Shown here in pieces: positions 63,200 to 64,000 of a stretch of DNA of 64,000 nt. The notes beneath the pieces are model-generated. The model ran no database searches, was not told the origin of the DNA, and saw only the letters and a program-made list of their open reading frames with translations. The position numbers and the translations under genes were made by a program. Numbering within the stretch: position 1 is the first letter of the stretch; every line of letters begins with the position of its first letter. This DNA is from Octopus sinensis (lineage: Eukaryota), in assembly GCF_006345805.1 (NCBI RefSeq), contig NC_043001.1, positions 248,001-312,000 on the forward strand, read 5' to 3'.

Positions 63200-64000
63200 A
63201 CACTGAAAGGTACGTCTGGTGAGATTGTTGAGATGCCTGAATGGGGACATGTAGATCTGTGCTGCATCCAAGAAGTAAGGTGGAGAGGAGGTTCTGCTAG
63301 GTTCCTCACAGGCAAAGAACACAGGTACAAGATTTTCTGGGCAGGGAACGCTGATGGGGTCAGGGGCGTGGGTTTACTTCTTGTGGAGAAATGGGTTGAT
63401 AAGGTAATTGAGGTAGTCAGAGTATGTGACAGAGTACTTAAGATTAGATTAGTGCTTCACCATAGGTTAGCTACCATTATCTCGGCCTATGCCCTTCAAC
63501 CGGGGCTACCGGATGGACAGAAAGACCGATTTTATGACACCCTCTTTCAGATTACCTCATTTATGAATGACAGGGACCTTCTCTTTGTGGCTGGTGATTT
63601 CAATGGACATGTTGGACAACATGCAGGGGGCTTCCATGGCATACATGGAGGCTATGGTTTTGGTTCCCGGCAATGAGAAGGGAATCAGACTACTGGAGTT
63701 CTGCGATGCAAATGATCCTATGGTTTGCAATACCAAATTCAGGAAACCCACCTGTCACCTAGTCATGTACTGTTCTGGCAGACACACTAGCTAAATTGGC
63801 TACATCCTCACCAAAAAAAGAGAAAGAAGGCTGCTTATAAATACCAAAACTTTGCCAGGCGAAGAATGTACCCCTCAACATAGATTAGTAGTTAGTGACT
63901 TCAGGATCAGGGCTAAATGGATGGCTAGAAGAAGACCAGCTTAAAGGAGTAGGGTCTGGAAGCTTAAAGATCCTGAAAATGGACAGAGATTTAGAGACAT
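63200..64000 (+). mobile_element. RTE LINE endonuclease region (runs off the window)
   Basis: CCIQEVRW, GVGLLL, ISAYA, AGDFNGHVG APE motifs. Confidence 0.85.

Overview
AT-rich, repeat-dense animal genomic DNA, inferred to be octopus/coleoid cephalopod from its CORE-type tRNA-SINEs and single-exon tandem C2H2 zinc-finger ORF. Two host genes are supported. (1) mRpL38, mitochondrial ribosomal protein mL38 (PEBP fold), lies on the minus strand. I traced six coding exons by hand (29154 to 2464) with consistent GT-AG phases; the last exon lies beyond the left edge. (2) A 16-finger C2H2 gene lies on the plus strand (44109-45473). The rest is mostly transposon-derived: RTE and CR1-like LINE fragments, mariner/maT remnants, MITEs, SINEs, a very young full-length Gypsy element (33365-39245) and Penelope-like elements (PLEs). 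The most interesting signal is a set of minimal type-I hammerhead ribozyme (HHR) motifs, found by manual folding in two settings. The first is PLE ends, including a nested fold-back at 18626-20915 inside mRpL38 intron 2. The second is a tRNA-headed SINE-like family with an HHR tail (four copies); the Gypsy element has inserted at the Pol III start of one copy. All alignments, counts and folds were done by eye, and none of the ribozyme activity is demonstrated.
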